Below, piece by piece: positions 13,482 through 30,500 of a stretch of DNA of 64,000 nucleotides. A program made the position numbers and the translations under genes. The notes under the pieces were generated by a model, which saw only the letters and a list, made by a program, of their open reading frames with translations, did not search any database and had not been told where the DNA came from. The stretch's first letter is position 1; each line of letters opens with the position of its first letter. The DNA comes from Piromyces finnis finn (lineage: Eukaryota > Fungi > Neocallimastigomycota): the NCBI GenBank assembly GCA_002104945.1, contig MCFH01000008.1, positions 1,054,001 through 1,118,000 of the forward strand. Reading direction: 5' to 3'.

Positions 13482-15047
13482 ATGTCAAAAAAATCACCAA
13501 TAAAGAAAAAAAGAGAAATATTTCCCTTAGATTTTATTACAGAATTATTTGGATTATCACCAACTGAATTTTTGGATGAAGTTTTTGATTCAGCAAATAT
13601 TGTTTCAACGAGTGTAACCGATGCTATTCAAGAATATTTAGATACAGAATATAACAAAAAATATGGGGAACAGTATAAAGATGAAATAGAAACAGTAAAT
13701 TTTCATTCTTTTTTATATATTTTGAAATCTAATTTTATTTTAATATAATGAAATCCAATTTATTTATAAAATTTCAATTTAAAATTAACTAGAAATTTCA
13801 TCTGAATACAATTTTCAATGTCATAAAATTATACAAATTATATAATTCAAAATATTAAATTATAATATATATATATGTATATTGTTTTTATTAAAATAAA
13901 TTGTTTTATAGGGAATTTGTAAATTAGAAAATTTATATCAAGATGCTATCGATCAGAGTACGGATGTTTTACAACTCTACTTTATTAATAATTGTTTATC
14001 AATACCAAATGATATTTCAGAAATTGAATTACATTTACCTTATGAAAAGGTTTATATAATTAAAATGAAATGATTAAAATATAATAGAAAATTATTTTGA
14101 ACTAGACACTTAAATTTTACTTTATTGTAAAAAATAGGATTTAGATTTCAACATTAGTGACAATGATGAAATGAAGATTGATAATGATATTAAGAAAATG
14201 AAAGAATTGATAATTGCAGTAAATATCAAATTTCTTATTATATATATAATTGCTTATTTAAATAAAGAATAAATAATAATATTTATTTATTATTGTATAA
14301 AGAAAAAGTATTTTAATACATTAGCACGAAATGCCATCAAACAAGATAAAGAAAAAGTTGAGAAATTAAAAAAGATAAAGCAAGAAATTGATAAATTAAG
14401 AAAAATCGAAAAAGATAGTAAAGGTGAGCATATAAATTTTAAAATTTTACTGTTAACAAAAATAAAGAATTAAATTTCTTTAAAATTAAATCAATTTTTT
14501 TTTTTATAAAAAAATACTCTATTGCGAAATTGGGTAATAAAGTATACCCATTACATGAATCTTTATCCTATTTGGTAAAAAACACTAATGAACTGGAATT
14601 GCTAATGGAAAGAACTAAAAAAGAATATAAAAATGTATCATTTGAAGATATGTTTTCGGAAGAAAGAAAGCGCGCAAACTTTATTAATAATTCTATTGCA
14701 TCACAACTTAATCATTTCAATAGTCAAAACATGGATTCATCTGTATCATTATTTAGCAATATTAATAACAGTACATCAACTACAACTTCATCATCTAATA
14801 ATAGTAATAGATATAATAATGATTTTATTTCAACGGACGAAAATAAGAAATATGCTGAAGAATATAGAGTATTAACGAGTATTACTACAAAGGAAAATGC
14901 TCAGGTAATAAGATATTAAAATTTGAAAAACAATAATTATTTATCTGAATTGAAATAATTGTATTAATAATATAATTACGTATATATACATATATAAATA
15001 TAAAGTGGGTTCTCGATAATTTATTAAATATATCTGATGAAAATTAA
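13482..15047 (+). CDS. MIS12: Kinetochore protein Mis12/Mtw1; exons 13482-13694, 13912-14049, 14138-14218, 14303-14423, 14543-14904 and a tentative 15006-15047 (otherwise ends at 14919)
   Basis: FITELFGLSPTEFLDEVFDSAN..EIETGICKLENLYQDAIDQSTDVLQLYFINNCLSIP resembles the Mis12 N-terminal domain (EHFGYxP..IDDIINAVN..EIE.G..KLE.L....D...D..E.Y..RN.L.IP); exon phases consistent. Confidence 0.75.
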
Positions 15048-15963
15048 AAAGTGGCATGTTATTCATGTTATTAATATCATCAATATGAAAATGGTTCATA
15101 ATTATAATATATTCAGAATAATTCGACATAATTTAAAAACTGAAATTCAATCTTTAATATAAAATAGAAGTCTTCTCTAATTTACATACATGCATATATG
15201 CATATATTTTATCTTTTAATATTTATTAATCTTTTTTTTTTTTTATCTACCTTTTTTTTCCCTTTCAATTTTTATATTTTTACAAAATTTTTCAAAAAAA
15301 AAAAAAAAAAGTTTATTTTAAAACTATTGGGATGATAGAACATTATCCTATTGATTTTCCTATGTATCTATTAAAAAATGATAGCTTTTATGATCAAAAG
15401 GTTTTATTAAAAACCAAACCAAACTAAGCCTAATGATATATAAAAAAGGGATATATTATTATATATATATAACTTTAAAAAAAAAAAAAATAAATATTCT
15501 TCACTTTTTATATATATTTTTAAAGAATATTATTTATTGATTATAATTTACATATATACACTGCTATTTTAATAATAGTTAATAATATAATAGTTAATAA
15601 TTGATCTCTTTTTTTTTTTTTTTTTTTTTTCATAATTATATTTCAAAATGTAATATGCATTACAAAATATTAATACAAATTAATAAAAATAAAAGTATTA
15701 TTTATTAAAAAGTAGGTTATAATATCTTTATTCTTTTAATTCACTCATTATTTATTTCAATATTAGTAATAATAGATACAAAATATATATACAGAGGTAT
15801 AAACAAAATTTTATTAATGTATGATATTTATTTTTTTTTTTTTTTAACTATTAATGAAGATAGTGATTGAAGGTATAAATAAACAAGTTATTAAATAAAT
15901 ATATATATATATATATTTTCCATTTTTTTTTTTTTTTTTTTTTTTTCTACTTTTATATAAATA

Positions 15964-17290
15964 TCATTGATCTATAGTTTTTACGGCTTCCAATAACAAA
16001 TACATTGGATTACTATTTTTTATTATATTGTTTTGTTCAATAAGTTGATTTGAAGATGAGGTATTATTTATAAATGTGGATGATAAATCTTTAATATTAT
16101 TATTAGTAAAATATAAATTATTATTAGGATTATTATTAGGATAATAACTATTGTTAGTGATGCTATTGATATTATTATTATTAATAATATTATTATTGAT
16201 ATTGTTATTATTGCTGTTATTGTTACTGTTGTTGTTATTAAAATTATTTTCAAGGTTAGTATTATTAAATGTTTGACGAATGGAAGAGTATAATTGTTTC
16301 TGATTCAAAAGAGTGGATGAAAATGTTGAAGATGACGAATTATTATTATTTTCCTCAAGCCAGGACAAGTTATCACTTATTCTTAAATAATGATTTTTTT
16401 GAAACATTTCCTTTGGTAAGATTTTATATTTTCTGTAGCATATTGCTTGATCAACCGCTTTTTTAAAAAGTTTAGATCGACTTCTAGCACACCGTTGAAC
16501 TAAATATCTATCAAATGGTAATATATATTTTGAACTAGATATTATCCAAGCCCTTTTTATAATTAAATAAATTATGATAAGAATAATTAGTGTTTGTTGT
16601 AATTTTTTTTTAAAAACAAAAAATAAATATTTACTATTTTTCTTTTTTTTTTTATTTTATTTTATATTATTTTTATTTATATTATTATTGTTTATTATTA
16701 TTCTAATTTATTATAATATTATTATTTATATTAATAACAATAATAATTACAATTTATATATACCAAAAAGTTGAACGAGTATAAAAGAAATATTAGAATT
16801 TTTCTTTATTTCGGGTTTTTTTGGAATAGCAATATTTCTATTCATTAAATCAATTTCATCAACGATAACTCCAGGCCAATGGACTGTTATTTTTAGCTTT
16901 TATTATTATCAAAATTAGTTTAAATGTTTTTATATAATAAAAAATTAGAATAAAAAAAAAAGTCTCATTGTTGAAAAAAAAAAGTATTTTGATGATTCAA
17001 AAAAAATATATATATTTTTAATAAATGTTTAGTCTATTTACTTTATTAGTATTTGAATAAGGAAGAACCCAAAAAAGATTATGTACATCACCAGTTAATG
17101 GTAATTGGAGAAGTATTGATGGTTGTGGTAATTTTAAAGGAATATTAAGATAGTCATTTTTATCTTTAGTTTTTGTCTTTGGTATTTTTTTAGCTTTTTC
17201 ATTATTTTTATCATCTTTTTCCTTAAATATAATTGGTTTTTTCATATTAGATATCTTTAATATAGTCACTCTATTTGATGTTTTCACCAT
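15964..17290 (-). CDS. PWWP-like domain protein with Asn-rich tail; exons 17290-17042, 16896-16751, 16552-15964
   Basis: Spliced NLFWVLPYSNTNKLKITVHWPGVIVD...ILVQLFGIYKLAWII..YILPF..LFKKAVDQA follows the PWWP pattern (W..WP..I..V.FFG...AWV..L.PF..F.KAV.EA); phases 0 and 2 match. Confidence 0.65.
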
Positions 17291-18175
17291 ATTTTGATTT
17301 TTTTTTATTTAAGACGTATAACTTTTTTAAACAAAAGATTTGAATTTTTTTTTTTTAAAAAAAATATTATATTTATTAATTCAAAAACTAAAAAATAAGA
17401 AATTAAACAATATATTATTATATTTAACTATAGATTTATATTATACAATATATATATATAATTTCAAAATATATTCTTATGCTAATGATAATAATAAACT
17501 ATAAATCAATGAATAATAAAAAAAACTTCAATAATATCAGAATTAATTTAATTTAAAATGGATTTATGAAGCTCTACTACAATAACCTTTTTTTTTTTTT
17601 TTCTGTTGTTGTTTACCAAAATATTTCAATGTTAAAAAAAAATTTTAAAATTTTAAATATTTATTTTGTAATATTTTTTTAAGGTATAATTACATATAAA
17701 CATTTTTTTTTTTTTTTATTAATACATTTTAAAGTTTTATGATAATTTATTATTACAAATCTTTTCACAAATCTTATCTTTTTTTTTCTATTATAAAAGA
17801 TGAATAACTCTGTATATATATGAATAAAGTTTTTTTTTTTTTTTTTATGAAATTTGTAGATGTTAAAAAAAAATATTATATTATTGATTTTTTTTATTTA
17901 TAAAGTATTCTATTTCGAAAATATAAAATATAAAGCATAATTCTTTATTATAAAAAGTTTTGGTATTTAAAAAAAAATAATAATAAAAGATTTTATATAA
18001 ATTATTAATTATTATCTCTTATGATAATAAAAGAAAGGAAAATAATAAAAATATTAATATAGGGATTTATTTATTTAAATATATATACATTTTTTTTTAA
18101 TAATAATATTTTTATTTTCTTTGTTTTTAGTTTAAATTAATTTAACGCTATAGGTTTAAATCTAAGTTTTATCTC

Positions 18176-18216
<41 letters not shown>

Positions 18217-18250
18217 GTTATTATTAATTGTTATTAATTGTTATTATTAA
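18176..18250. repeat. (ATT)n microsatellite with GTT variants downstream of ZDS1
   Basis: Direct reading of tandem att units. Confidence 0.85.
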
Positions 18251-18368
18251 TATCTTGATATATTTTATTTTATTTTATTTTTTTTATTTCATTATTTAAT
18301 TTATATTGTTATCTTTGGTGGTTTTTTAATTATTTTGATTTATCTTATATATATAATTATTCAATTGA

Positions 18369-21314
18369 TCATATTGTGATAACACTCAATCTTCTATTTT
18401 TTAGTACGGCTAAAGGAATTTCATCTTCATCATCGTCATCATCATCATCGCTGATTGAACTTGAAGAAGAGTAATCATAACTATTAAACATTTTATTATT
18501 CGGTGAAGAAGAAGTTGGATTGTATTTATCAAATTGATCATGAGATATAGAATGATTAAGTTTTTTATTGCCTAATTTCACACTTTTTTCTGAAAAAGTA
18601 TCACCAAGTGGTTTAATCTTTGAATGGTGTTTTGATTTTTTAGAATTTTTTATATTTATTTCTTTATTTTCTAAATGTTTAGTTGAGCTAGGTTCATTAA
18701 GATCTATTAATTTCTTTTGATTAATTATCCTCTTACCTCTACTCTTTTTTCTGGAATCTGATCTAGGTTTAGGAAGATTGAAATTACTTGAGACTAACGA
18801 TATTGGTGTATTTAATTGCTTTTGATTTTTAAGTGTATTAATTTTCAATCTTTGGTTTGATAAAGATCTTCTCTTTTTTGGAGGTCTTATGTTTTTAAAT
18901 GGTATTTTATAGGCAGCATCCTTATACTTTCTAATATATTCTTGCATAATATTATTTATATAAACTTGTTGTATCATAGGACGATAGGTTGTAGCTAATT
19001 TTGTATGTGATAAAGAATAAATAGTATCTTCAGCTTCACGAGTTAATGGTTTAAAGATAAGAGGATAGGTTAAAATGTAAGCTTTTGTAATGCCTTTTCC
19101 TTGACGATAATTAATATTTTTATCAGCAAGGTTTGTCGATGACTTTGTTTTAAAGAATGAAAATGGTGATTTAGGACTACCGACTGAACTTTTTTTACTC
19201 TTTTTAGGACTTTCATCTTCCTTTTTATCATCTTTACCAAAAGATGACCACCATAACGACCATCCTGACTTGATGGATAAATTTTCTTTTTTATTTTCAG
19301 CTTTAAATGAATCATATATTAATGGCACATTTTCGACACTATCATCAGCATTAGGTAAGAAAATTTTTGATGAGTTTTCTTCCGTTATCTTTTCTTCCTC
19401 CTTTTTATTTTCGGATTGCGATAAGAATTCTTTGGGTATAGAAGATAAATCTTGTAAGGTGGAAGAAGATGATGGGTTTATTGTTGGCAATGTATTTAAT
19501 GAATTAGATTCAAATGTTTCAGGGAAAAGGGATGATGGGGATGTATCGATAGTAAGTTTTAATTCTATCTTTTCATTTTGAGTTGGCAAAGGCATTTGAT
19601 CCTTATTTCCAACATTATCGACTTCTTTATCATCATCTCTTTTATTAATTACTTCTTTCGTAGCATTATGAGATGAGGTTTTTCCTACATTATCGTATGC
19701 AGTATTTTCTCCATCAGCAATTAAAAATTTCTTTGATGGATTAAAGATATTGGCACGTTGATTCTTTTTAAGGGACTGAATGGTATCAAATGTTTTATGT
19801 CTTTGAATTTGATTAATGATAAGTTCACCATTATTTGAAATATTTTCTGGAGTAATGACACTAGCACTCTCAGCATACGATTTTGTTCTTCTAATACTAA
19901 GACGACGACCAAACATATTACTTTTTGAATTGGCTTCTGTAGACATTAATTTCTTAAATTCTAATGGATGAACTTCTGGTTGAAGATAAGATGGAACCCA
20001 ATAAAGATGATTTAAATCATTTGTTTGAATGGTTACACCTGAAATGTTAACTAAATGGGTGGTGGGTTCATTTGGATCGTTGGAAAGACAGGTTATAATT
20101 TTAGGAGAAATATGCTTCGAATCCATTACTGGTATAGTTTTGCTCTTTATAATTGAATCAAAACTATTCGAATTTGTCGTTGGCATAAAGTAGCTTAATG
20201 ATGATTTACTTTTCATTATGTATTTCGAATCAAGACTTTCATCATCACAACTATCATCACTATTATGCTTTTCATCGTTTGGGACTGGCTTTTCATTTAT
20301 TTTGCATATTTCTTCATTTGTCTTTTCTAATTCATTTTCTATTTTAATAATGCTTTCACTATCCGAATCTGCACTACTATTACTTTCACTATGTTTACCA
20401 TAGTAATAATCTTTATAATAGGTAGAGCATAAATCTATTAATTGTTGATCCATATACTTCTCACTATCTCTCTTAAATAATTCATTAATTTTTCTTGACC
20501 TTTCACTATGAATTGGTTTTTCTATAGAACTATACGATTTTTCATCAAAAAAGAATTTTTCAGGATTTTCAATCGTTTTATCCTTTTTTGAAGAATATGA
20601 ATGTACACTGGAAGAATCATGAGGTTGAGATGATTCACCAACTGAGGAATCTGAACTAGACAATTCTGAGCTGGGAATTATGTTATTAATTTCATTTAAA
20701 GTTTCTTCAGTCAAGGTTATTGTAATTTTTGAACCCTGAACAAGAGTAATAGCCGAACTCTTATTTTCTAAATTAGATTTAATATCAAAACTATTTTTTA
20801 ATAAATTCTCTGTAGAAGAAGATGGAGTAATATCTGAATTTGAACGTTTAATACTTAATTTTTTATTTTCATTATCTTTTAATTTTGATGATGAATTTTT
20901 GTCATCTTTTGATAATGAACGTGATAATGAGCATTTATCAAATAAATTACTGTTATAATAGTTTACATCATAATTACTTGAACTTCCTCTAGCCGGTATA
21001 TTTGATGAATATCTTGGAGGAACAGAAAGTGGTTTAGTTTCACCCTCCTCTTTTTTATGTTTGTTATTTAAATGAGGGGGTTTTTCTAATGAAAAAGATA
21101 CCCTTTGTTTATCACCATTTTCTGAATGGTCTTTTATCAATTTTGTAGTGGTCACTGAACTAATTTCACTAAAATTTTTCACAATATTCTTTGTAATTTT
21201 TTTTTGTAATTTATGTGAAATAAGTGATATTAAACTCTTCTTTTTTTTTGCTTTTTTTAAGCCCTCTGGTTTTAAATTGTTATATGTTGAATCTGATTTA
21301 GAACCGTTGGCCAT
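18369..21314 (-). CDS. ZDS1: Zds1-like regulator of PP2A-Cdc55, single exon, 981 aa
   Basis: LYWVPSYLQPEVHPLEFKKLM (fungal Zds LFWVPAxxHPE motif) and PLTREAEDTIYSLSHTKLATTYRPMIQQVYINNIMQEY (Zds_C pattern ERAIYRLSHLKL..PRRPL.QQV..SN.M..Y) in a Ser/Lys-rich disordered chain. Confidence 0.82.
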   Translation of the reverse strand: MANGSKSDSTYNNLKPEGLKKAKKKKSLISLISHKLQKKITKNIVKNFSEISSVTTTKLIKDHSENGDKQRVSFSLEKPPHLNNKHKKEEGETKPLSVPPRYSSNIPARGSSSNYDVNYYNSNLFDKCSLSRSLSKDDKNSSSKLKDNENKKLSIKRSNSDITPSSSTENLLKNSFDIKSNLENKSSAITLVQGSKITITLTEETLNEINNIIPSSELSSSDSSVGESSQPHDSSSVHSYSSKKDKTIENPEKFFFDEKSYSSIEKPIHSERSRKINELFKRDSEKYMDQQLIDLCSTYYKDYYYGKHSESNSSADSDSESIIKIENELEKTNEEICKINEKPVPNDEKHNSDDSCDDESLDSKYIMKSKSSLSYFMPTTNSNSFDSIIKSKTIPVMDSKHISPKIITCLSNDPNEPTTHLVNISGVTIQTNDLNHLYWVPSYLQPEVHPLEFKKLMSTEANSKSNMFGRRLSIRRTKSYAESASVITPENISNNGELIINQIQRHKTFDTIQSLKKNQRANIFNPSKKFLIADGENTAYDNVGKTSSHNATKEVINKRDDDKEVDNVGNKDQMPLPTQNEKIELKLTIDTSPSSLFPETFESNSLNTLPTINPSSSSTLQDLSSIPKEFLSQSENKKEEEKITEENSSKIFLPNADDSVENVPLIYDSFKAENKKENLSIKSGWSLWWSSFGKDDKKEDESPKKSKKSSVGSPKSPFSFFKTKSSTNLADKNINYRQGKGITKAYILTYPLIFKPLTREAEDTIYSLSHTKLATTYRPMIQQVYINNIMQEYIRKYKDAAYKIPFKNIRPPKKRRSLSNQRLKINTLKNQKQLNTPISLVSSNFNLPKPRSDSRKKSRGKRIINQKKLIDLNEPSSTKHLENKEINIKNSKKSKHHSKIKPLGDTFSEKSVKLGNKKLNHSISHDQFDKYNPTSSSPNNKMFNSYDYSSSSSISDDDDDDDEDEIPLAVLKNRRLSVITI

Positions 21315-23841
21315 CTTTAAAAATTAATAAATTAATAAGTTATGAATAGTATCAAATTACCCTTTTATATTTATTGTTTGAAATTAGGAAGCAAAAAAAT
21401 AATTCCTATAATTTTAATACTATTAATAATTCTTCTGATACAAATATTTATTCGTTATTTGTATCAGAAAATACCTTTATTAATATATTATTTTATAGTA
21501 ACTAATATGAGAAATTATTGTTTTGTTATAATAATGACTATAGAGTATATTATTAATAATTTAAACAGATATTTAAATTCTCTATTGATTATTTGTATGG
21601 ATACACCCTAATGAATTGCTTTTATTTTAATTTGCAATACTTTATAAATTTTATATATATTTAAAAATTTACTAATCTTTATACTTCATTCCTTTGCAAA
21701 ATTTTAAAAGTTATAAATTAAAATTTATTTATCTAATATTATTATTTTAAGATGTTTTTTTTTTATTCTATTTTTTTTTTTTTTTAATTTCTTTGTTTGC
21801 TGCGACTAGCCATTGAAAAAAAAAATAGTTTGAATATATATAGTTAATGTTATAATAATTATAGATTATTCTTGATCATTAATAATATATATCTATAAAT
21901 AAAATCAAAGAAAAAAAAATAATAATAATTAATAATTTCCCTTTTATTGTACTTTTTTTTTATGACATACCTATATCTTTGATAAATGTTTCACGAATAA
22001 AGTTTTTATTATGTATTTTTATTTAATAAAAAAAACCTAAGAATGAAATAAATAGTTTGTTGGGTTAATATATAGAATATATATAAATATTAAATATTGA
22101 AGGTATGAAAAAGTATGAAAAAAAAATAGTTCAACACTGTACTTTCTTATGAAATTTATTATTAATTTTTATTTAAATATATTATAATTGATTTAGGTTT
22201 TATTTTTTGTTATTTTTGATTTTTGATTTTATATTTATTTATTAATATGAATAGATTTATAGTTTTCGTTTCTATTATTCTTACTCTTATTATATTTAAC
22301 TATTCATTTATATTTTGATTTTGATTTTTAAATTTTGATTGTTTTACTATTTTTTTTTTTTTTTTTTTTTTTTTTATTATTACTATTATTCTTCTTTTTA
22401 ATAATTTATTTAATTATTAATTTTTCATTTATTTATATTTTAATTTTTCTATTCATCCTATTATGGTAAATTAATGTCCTTTGAAAATATAAAATATTTT
22501 AATTTTTAATATAAAAATATATTATAATAATATATTATTTATATATTATTGATTAAAAAGAAATTGTAAAATTTAATTTATTTAATGATTAAAGTTGTTT
22601 AATGTTTAATTTCAAACTATCCATATTTAGTATAAAAAATATAAAATAAAAAAATGAATTTTTTCTTTAAATAATAATTTAAAAATGGGCCACGATCTTA
22701 AAAGATTTTAAATAAACAATTAAAAGTCAACATCACTATGTTTATTGAAAGTTATTTTTTAATAAAAAAAAGTAAATCAAGTCACCTTTTATTTAATAGG
22801 AATATCTAAAGAGTGGAATAAATAATTATTTTTTTGTCACTTGTAACACTTTTTGGCCATGAGTTTTATTAGAGTTTATACATTAAATTTATTTTATTAA
22901 TTATGTTTTTCTTTTCTTTTTTATTAAATGAAATATTTTGTTTTTTGGTATTCAATATTAATTAAATATTAATTAGAATTAAATCAGTATATACAACTTT
23001 CAAATTGACTTTGAATTAACTTTTTTGAAATGTAAAAAAATGTTGAATTCAATATTCAATAGAATAATTTATTTATTATTAGTTGTTAAAAAAAGTAAAA
23101 AAAACTAAAAGTTTGTGTAAAACACGTATATAAATGATTAAGAATTTGCATAGACAGTCAAATTTTATAAAATTTAGTGAAATTGATTCTAAAAAGTTTC
23201 AAATGTTTTATAAAATCGTTAATTGAAAAAAAAAAAAAAGAAAAAAGAATAAAAAAAATTTACTGACACTTTTCCCTTTTTTTTTATAAAAATAGAATAG
23301 AATCAAATTTTGGTATATATTAATGTTAATATATGGATTTAATATATTAAAATATATTAATTTAAATTTTTCAATTTATTATAATATATTAAATGATAAA
23401 AAATAAAAATAGTTTTTTTATTATTAAATAGACTTTTTTGATTATTTTTAATACTTAAAGGGTAAAAGTGGTTTTTGAAATGAAGAAGACTTCATTGTAT
23501 AGACAAAGAGATAAGGAAAATACATTTAAATAATTAGTTTTTATTGTCCTTCCTATTTTATTATCATGAGAAATGAATAGTATCTTTTATAAATACCATT
23601 ATAAAAATTCTTTATACTTTTTTTTTTTTGATACTTTTTATCATAGAAAACTAAACTATATTAAATAATAACTATATAAAGTATATATTATATTTATATT
23701 TTAATATATGAACACTATATTGTATTAATTAATTTAATATATGAAAACTATTTTTAATATAATTTTACTATAAATTTTTTGGGTGGGAATAAAGGCCGCT
23801 GATAATTTGTCAGTTTGGTGATATTCTAATCATTCATCATG

Positions 23842-23844
23842 TAT

Positions 23845-23923
<79 letters not shown>

Positions 23924-23942
23924 GTTAGTTAGTTAGTTAGTT
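23842..23942. repeat. (TTTA)n tract grading into (GTTA)n
   Basis: About 20 ttta units followed by about 5 gtta units. Confidence 0.9.
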
Positions 23943-24277
23943 TGTTACATACTATATTAGTTAAATACCAAACTAAAAAAAATGGCTTCAAATTACTCAT
24001 ATTTTACTGTTTTAACTTTATATTTCTTTATTTTTTTTTTTTGATATATATCAAATAACAATAGTATTAATTTTATACATATTCATGAAATATACAATAA
24101 ATAATATTTATTATTTTTAATGATTATAGATATATTATGATTATTATGATAACATTATAATAATAATTAATTATGCATAATTTTTAAAAAGAAAAGAAAA
24201 AAAATAAATGAATAGTAATAATATAGTGCATTTGATAAAAAAAAAAGTATTTTTATTAATCAGATTTATTATAATGA

Positions 24278-27576
<3,299 letters not shown>

Positions 27577-30500
27577 TATTGACTTTTAATTTTTTTTTTT
27601 TTTTTTCTTCTTTCTTATTGAGATTGAGCAAAAAAAAAAAAAAAAAAAACAATAATAGAACAGTAATTAAATTAGGATTTATCAATTTTTTTTTCGATTT
27701 CCTTTAATATAGTTCCAAAATTTTTAGTATTATTAATATTTCATAAAGGTTTAATAAAAAAAAAAGAAAGAAAGAAAGACAAATTAATTATTAACTAATT
27801 AATGTAATTAATATTTTTTTGATTTTAAAAAGGTTAATAAAAAGCATTTTTTTTAGCTTTATTAAAAATTTCCTTAAATGTATTTACATTATGTAATTAT
27901 TATGTATACAATACATTAACATAAAAATTATATATCTATAACATAATTATTATAGAAAAAAAAAAAAAAAAGATGTTATGATAATTAACATCTATATTAT
28001 TCAATATCATATTTATTTTAAAATAAAAAATTAAAAAATTTATTATTGTTTAAATAGTATTATATGTAATTTGTATAATATCAATTTAAAATGTTTCTTT
28101 ATAATTATTTATAATGAATAGGAATATATCATATATCATATAAATTAAATATCCATAAATAATGTTTTTATTGGAAAAGAATTAATGATTTATCTTATAG
28201 ATTACAAGAGAATAGATAAAGTTAACATATTAAAACTTTTAAAATATCATTATTCATTTCTCAGAAAGATTTTTCATGAATTTTTTTTACCCAGTTTGGA
28301 TAACGAATTTATTAAAAAAAAAAAAAAAAGATTTAATTAAAATATGAATAAACCTTAAATTCTTTGTCAGTTATTAATGTATGACTAATTTTAAAAACGG
28401 ATAGTATTAATAATCATTGCATAATTTATGTTTTTTTTTTTAGTAAAAAAAATGATTTATTATATTTAATTTAATATGCATATTATTCAAAATACAGAAA
28501 ATTTCCAATAATTCTTTATATATTTTTAGATAGCTTTATAACTTTAAGAGGTTTCACTATAAAATTTATAAAGATATATAAAATTAATATCATTAATCTT
28601 CGTTAACCATTACCTATAAAAAAAAAGTTTATCAATTAAATAATATAATAGGGTTATCTTTTAACATTTGATAATTATTTTCATATATAATCTTTTTTTT
28701 TTTTCTTTTTGGAAATAATAAAGTTTATAAATAATAACCTTTTTTTTTTATTTTTTACTTAAAAAAAATAAGGTTTTTTAGATTTCATTTCATTCATACA
28801 TCATTAATATAATAAAAAATTAAATCATTCTATTAAATTTTATTTTTTAAATATATATTTTAACCTAGCTAATCCTAGTTATTCAAATGTTCATTTAATA
28901 AAAAATGTATATATATAATATATATATATATGTGCTTTTAATAACAAAAAGAAAAAATAGATGTTTTCAATTAATAAGTAATGAAATCCAAAAATACATA
29001 GAATAACTAATTTATCATTAATAATAATAAGTATATATATATATACTAATAGTTCAAAATTATTCAAGAAAAAAAAAAAAAAAAAAAGAATGATATGAAC
29101 GATATTAGATAGTCATTAATTTTTAATAAATTTTAAAGAATTATATTAATCTTCGGATCTAAAATATTTTAACATTAAACTTTAAGATTAGTGGCTGTTT
29201 TTTTTTTTTAAAAAAAAAATATAAGAAAAAAAAAAACAAAGTTATAACAATATCAAATATATTAAAGATATATTATAGTAATGAAGTAGAAATGATGTAT
29301 AATATATAAATAATTCAATATATTTAATTCTATAATTAATTTATTAATAATAATAAACATGGAAAACTGATGACTATTTCATTAAGAAAAATAAAAAACG
29401 TTTTAACTTTAAAAAAATTAATTTTTTAGTAAAATTTATGTCACCCTTTTTCAATTACTTTTTTCTTTTTACAATATTATTATTTCTTAAGAAAAAAAAA
29501 ACTTTATATTTTTATATCTATTTGTTAATGATATTAATTTCATAATTATTATTTTAAAATAAAACTTTTTGATAATGAAAAACCTTTTCAAATATATATG
29601 ATAGATGTAATCATCTCATCCTCCATTTTTTATACATGAATAATATATTAAAAATCTACATTATTAAATAATTATAAAGTTTTGAAGTTTGGTATATATA
29701 TACTAAATATAATAACTATTTTTATTAATAGTATTAATATTGAAAATATTATATAAAAAACAAAAATCAGTACTTAATATTTTATTATAAAAATTAAAAA
29801 ATATAATATGGAAAATATTTTTGTTTTTGAAAAATGGAAAGATGATAATTAATAATTCATAATAAATATGGATATAAAGACATGCCATAAAATATTTAAA
29901 ATATTCAATAGTATTATTATTCTTTATTATATAGGGTTGAACAAAGTATTATAAACTTTTTTCTATACTATTACTTTTAAGAAATTGCATTGATTTTTTT
30001 TAATATACATCAATTAATATATAATATTAATTTATTGATGAATGAATATTATAATCTGAACTTTTTTTTTTTTTTAATTAAATATTTTAGTTTTTATTAT
30101 TATATTACCTTTTATAGTTTCACATTTTAATTAAAAAAAATTTTTTTTATATTATTATTTATTTAAAAAAAATGTTTTTTTTTTTTTTTACTATTATTTA
30201 AAATAATTAAACTATTTTAAATTTGAAAAAAAAATATAATTTTTTTTTATATTCATGATATATAAAAAAAGTACCTTTTTTTTTTTAAAAAAATATTTTC
30301 TCTCTCTTTCTTTTTTTTCTTTTTTTATCTATTTTATATAAAAGTCTTTTTTTTTTTTTTATATAATAATAGCAATACACATATAATTGAACTAGACAAA
30401 AATTTTATTCTACAATTTTTTTTGTATTAAATGTAATAACCAAAAAAAAAGATAATACTACAATAATAATAAATATATATTAAACAAAACAAAAACAAAC

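Noticed and set aside
19070-20403. Several short ORFs within ZDS1 (also those within the Stealth, Cys-rich and HAM1-like genes)
   Set aside because: Alternative-frame or antisense shadows with no independent motifs
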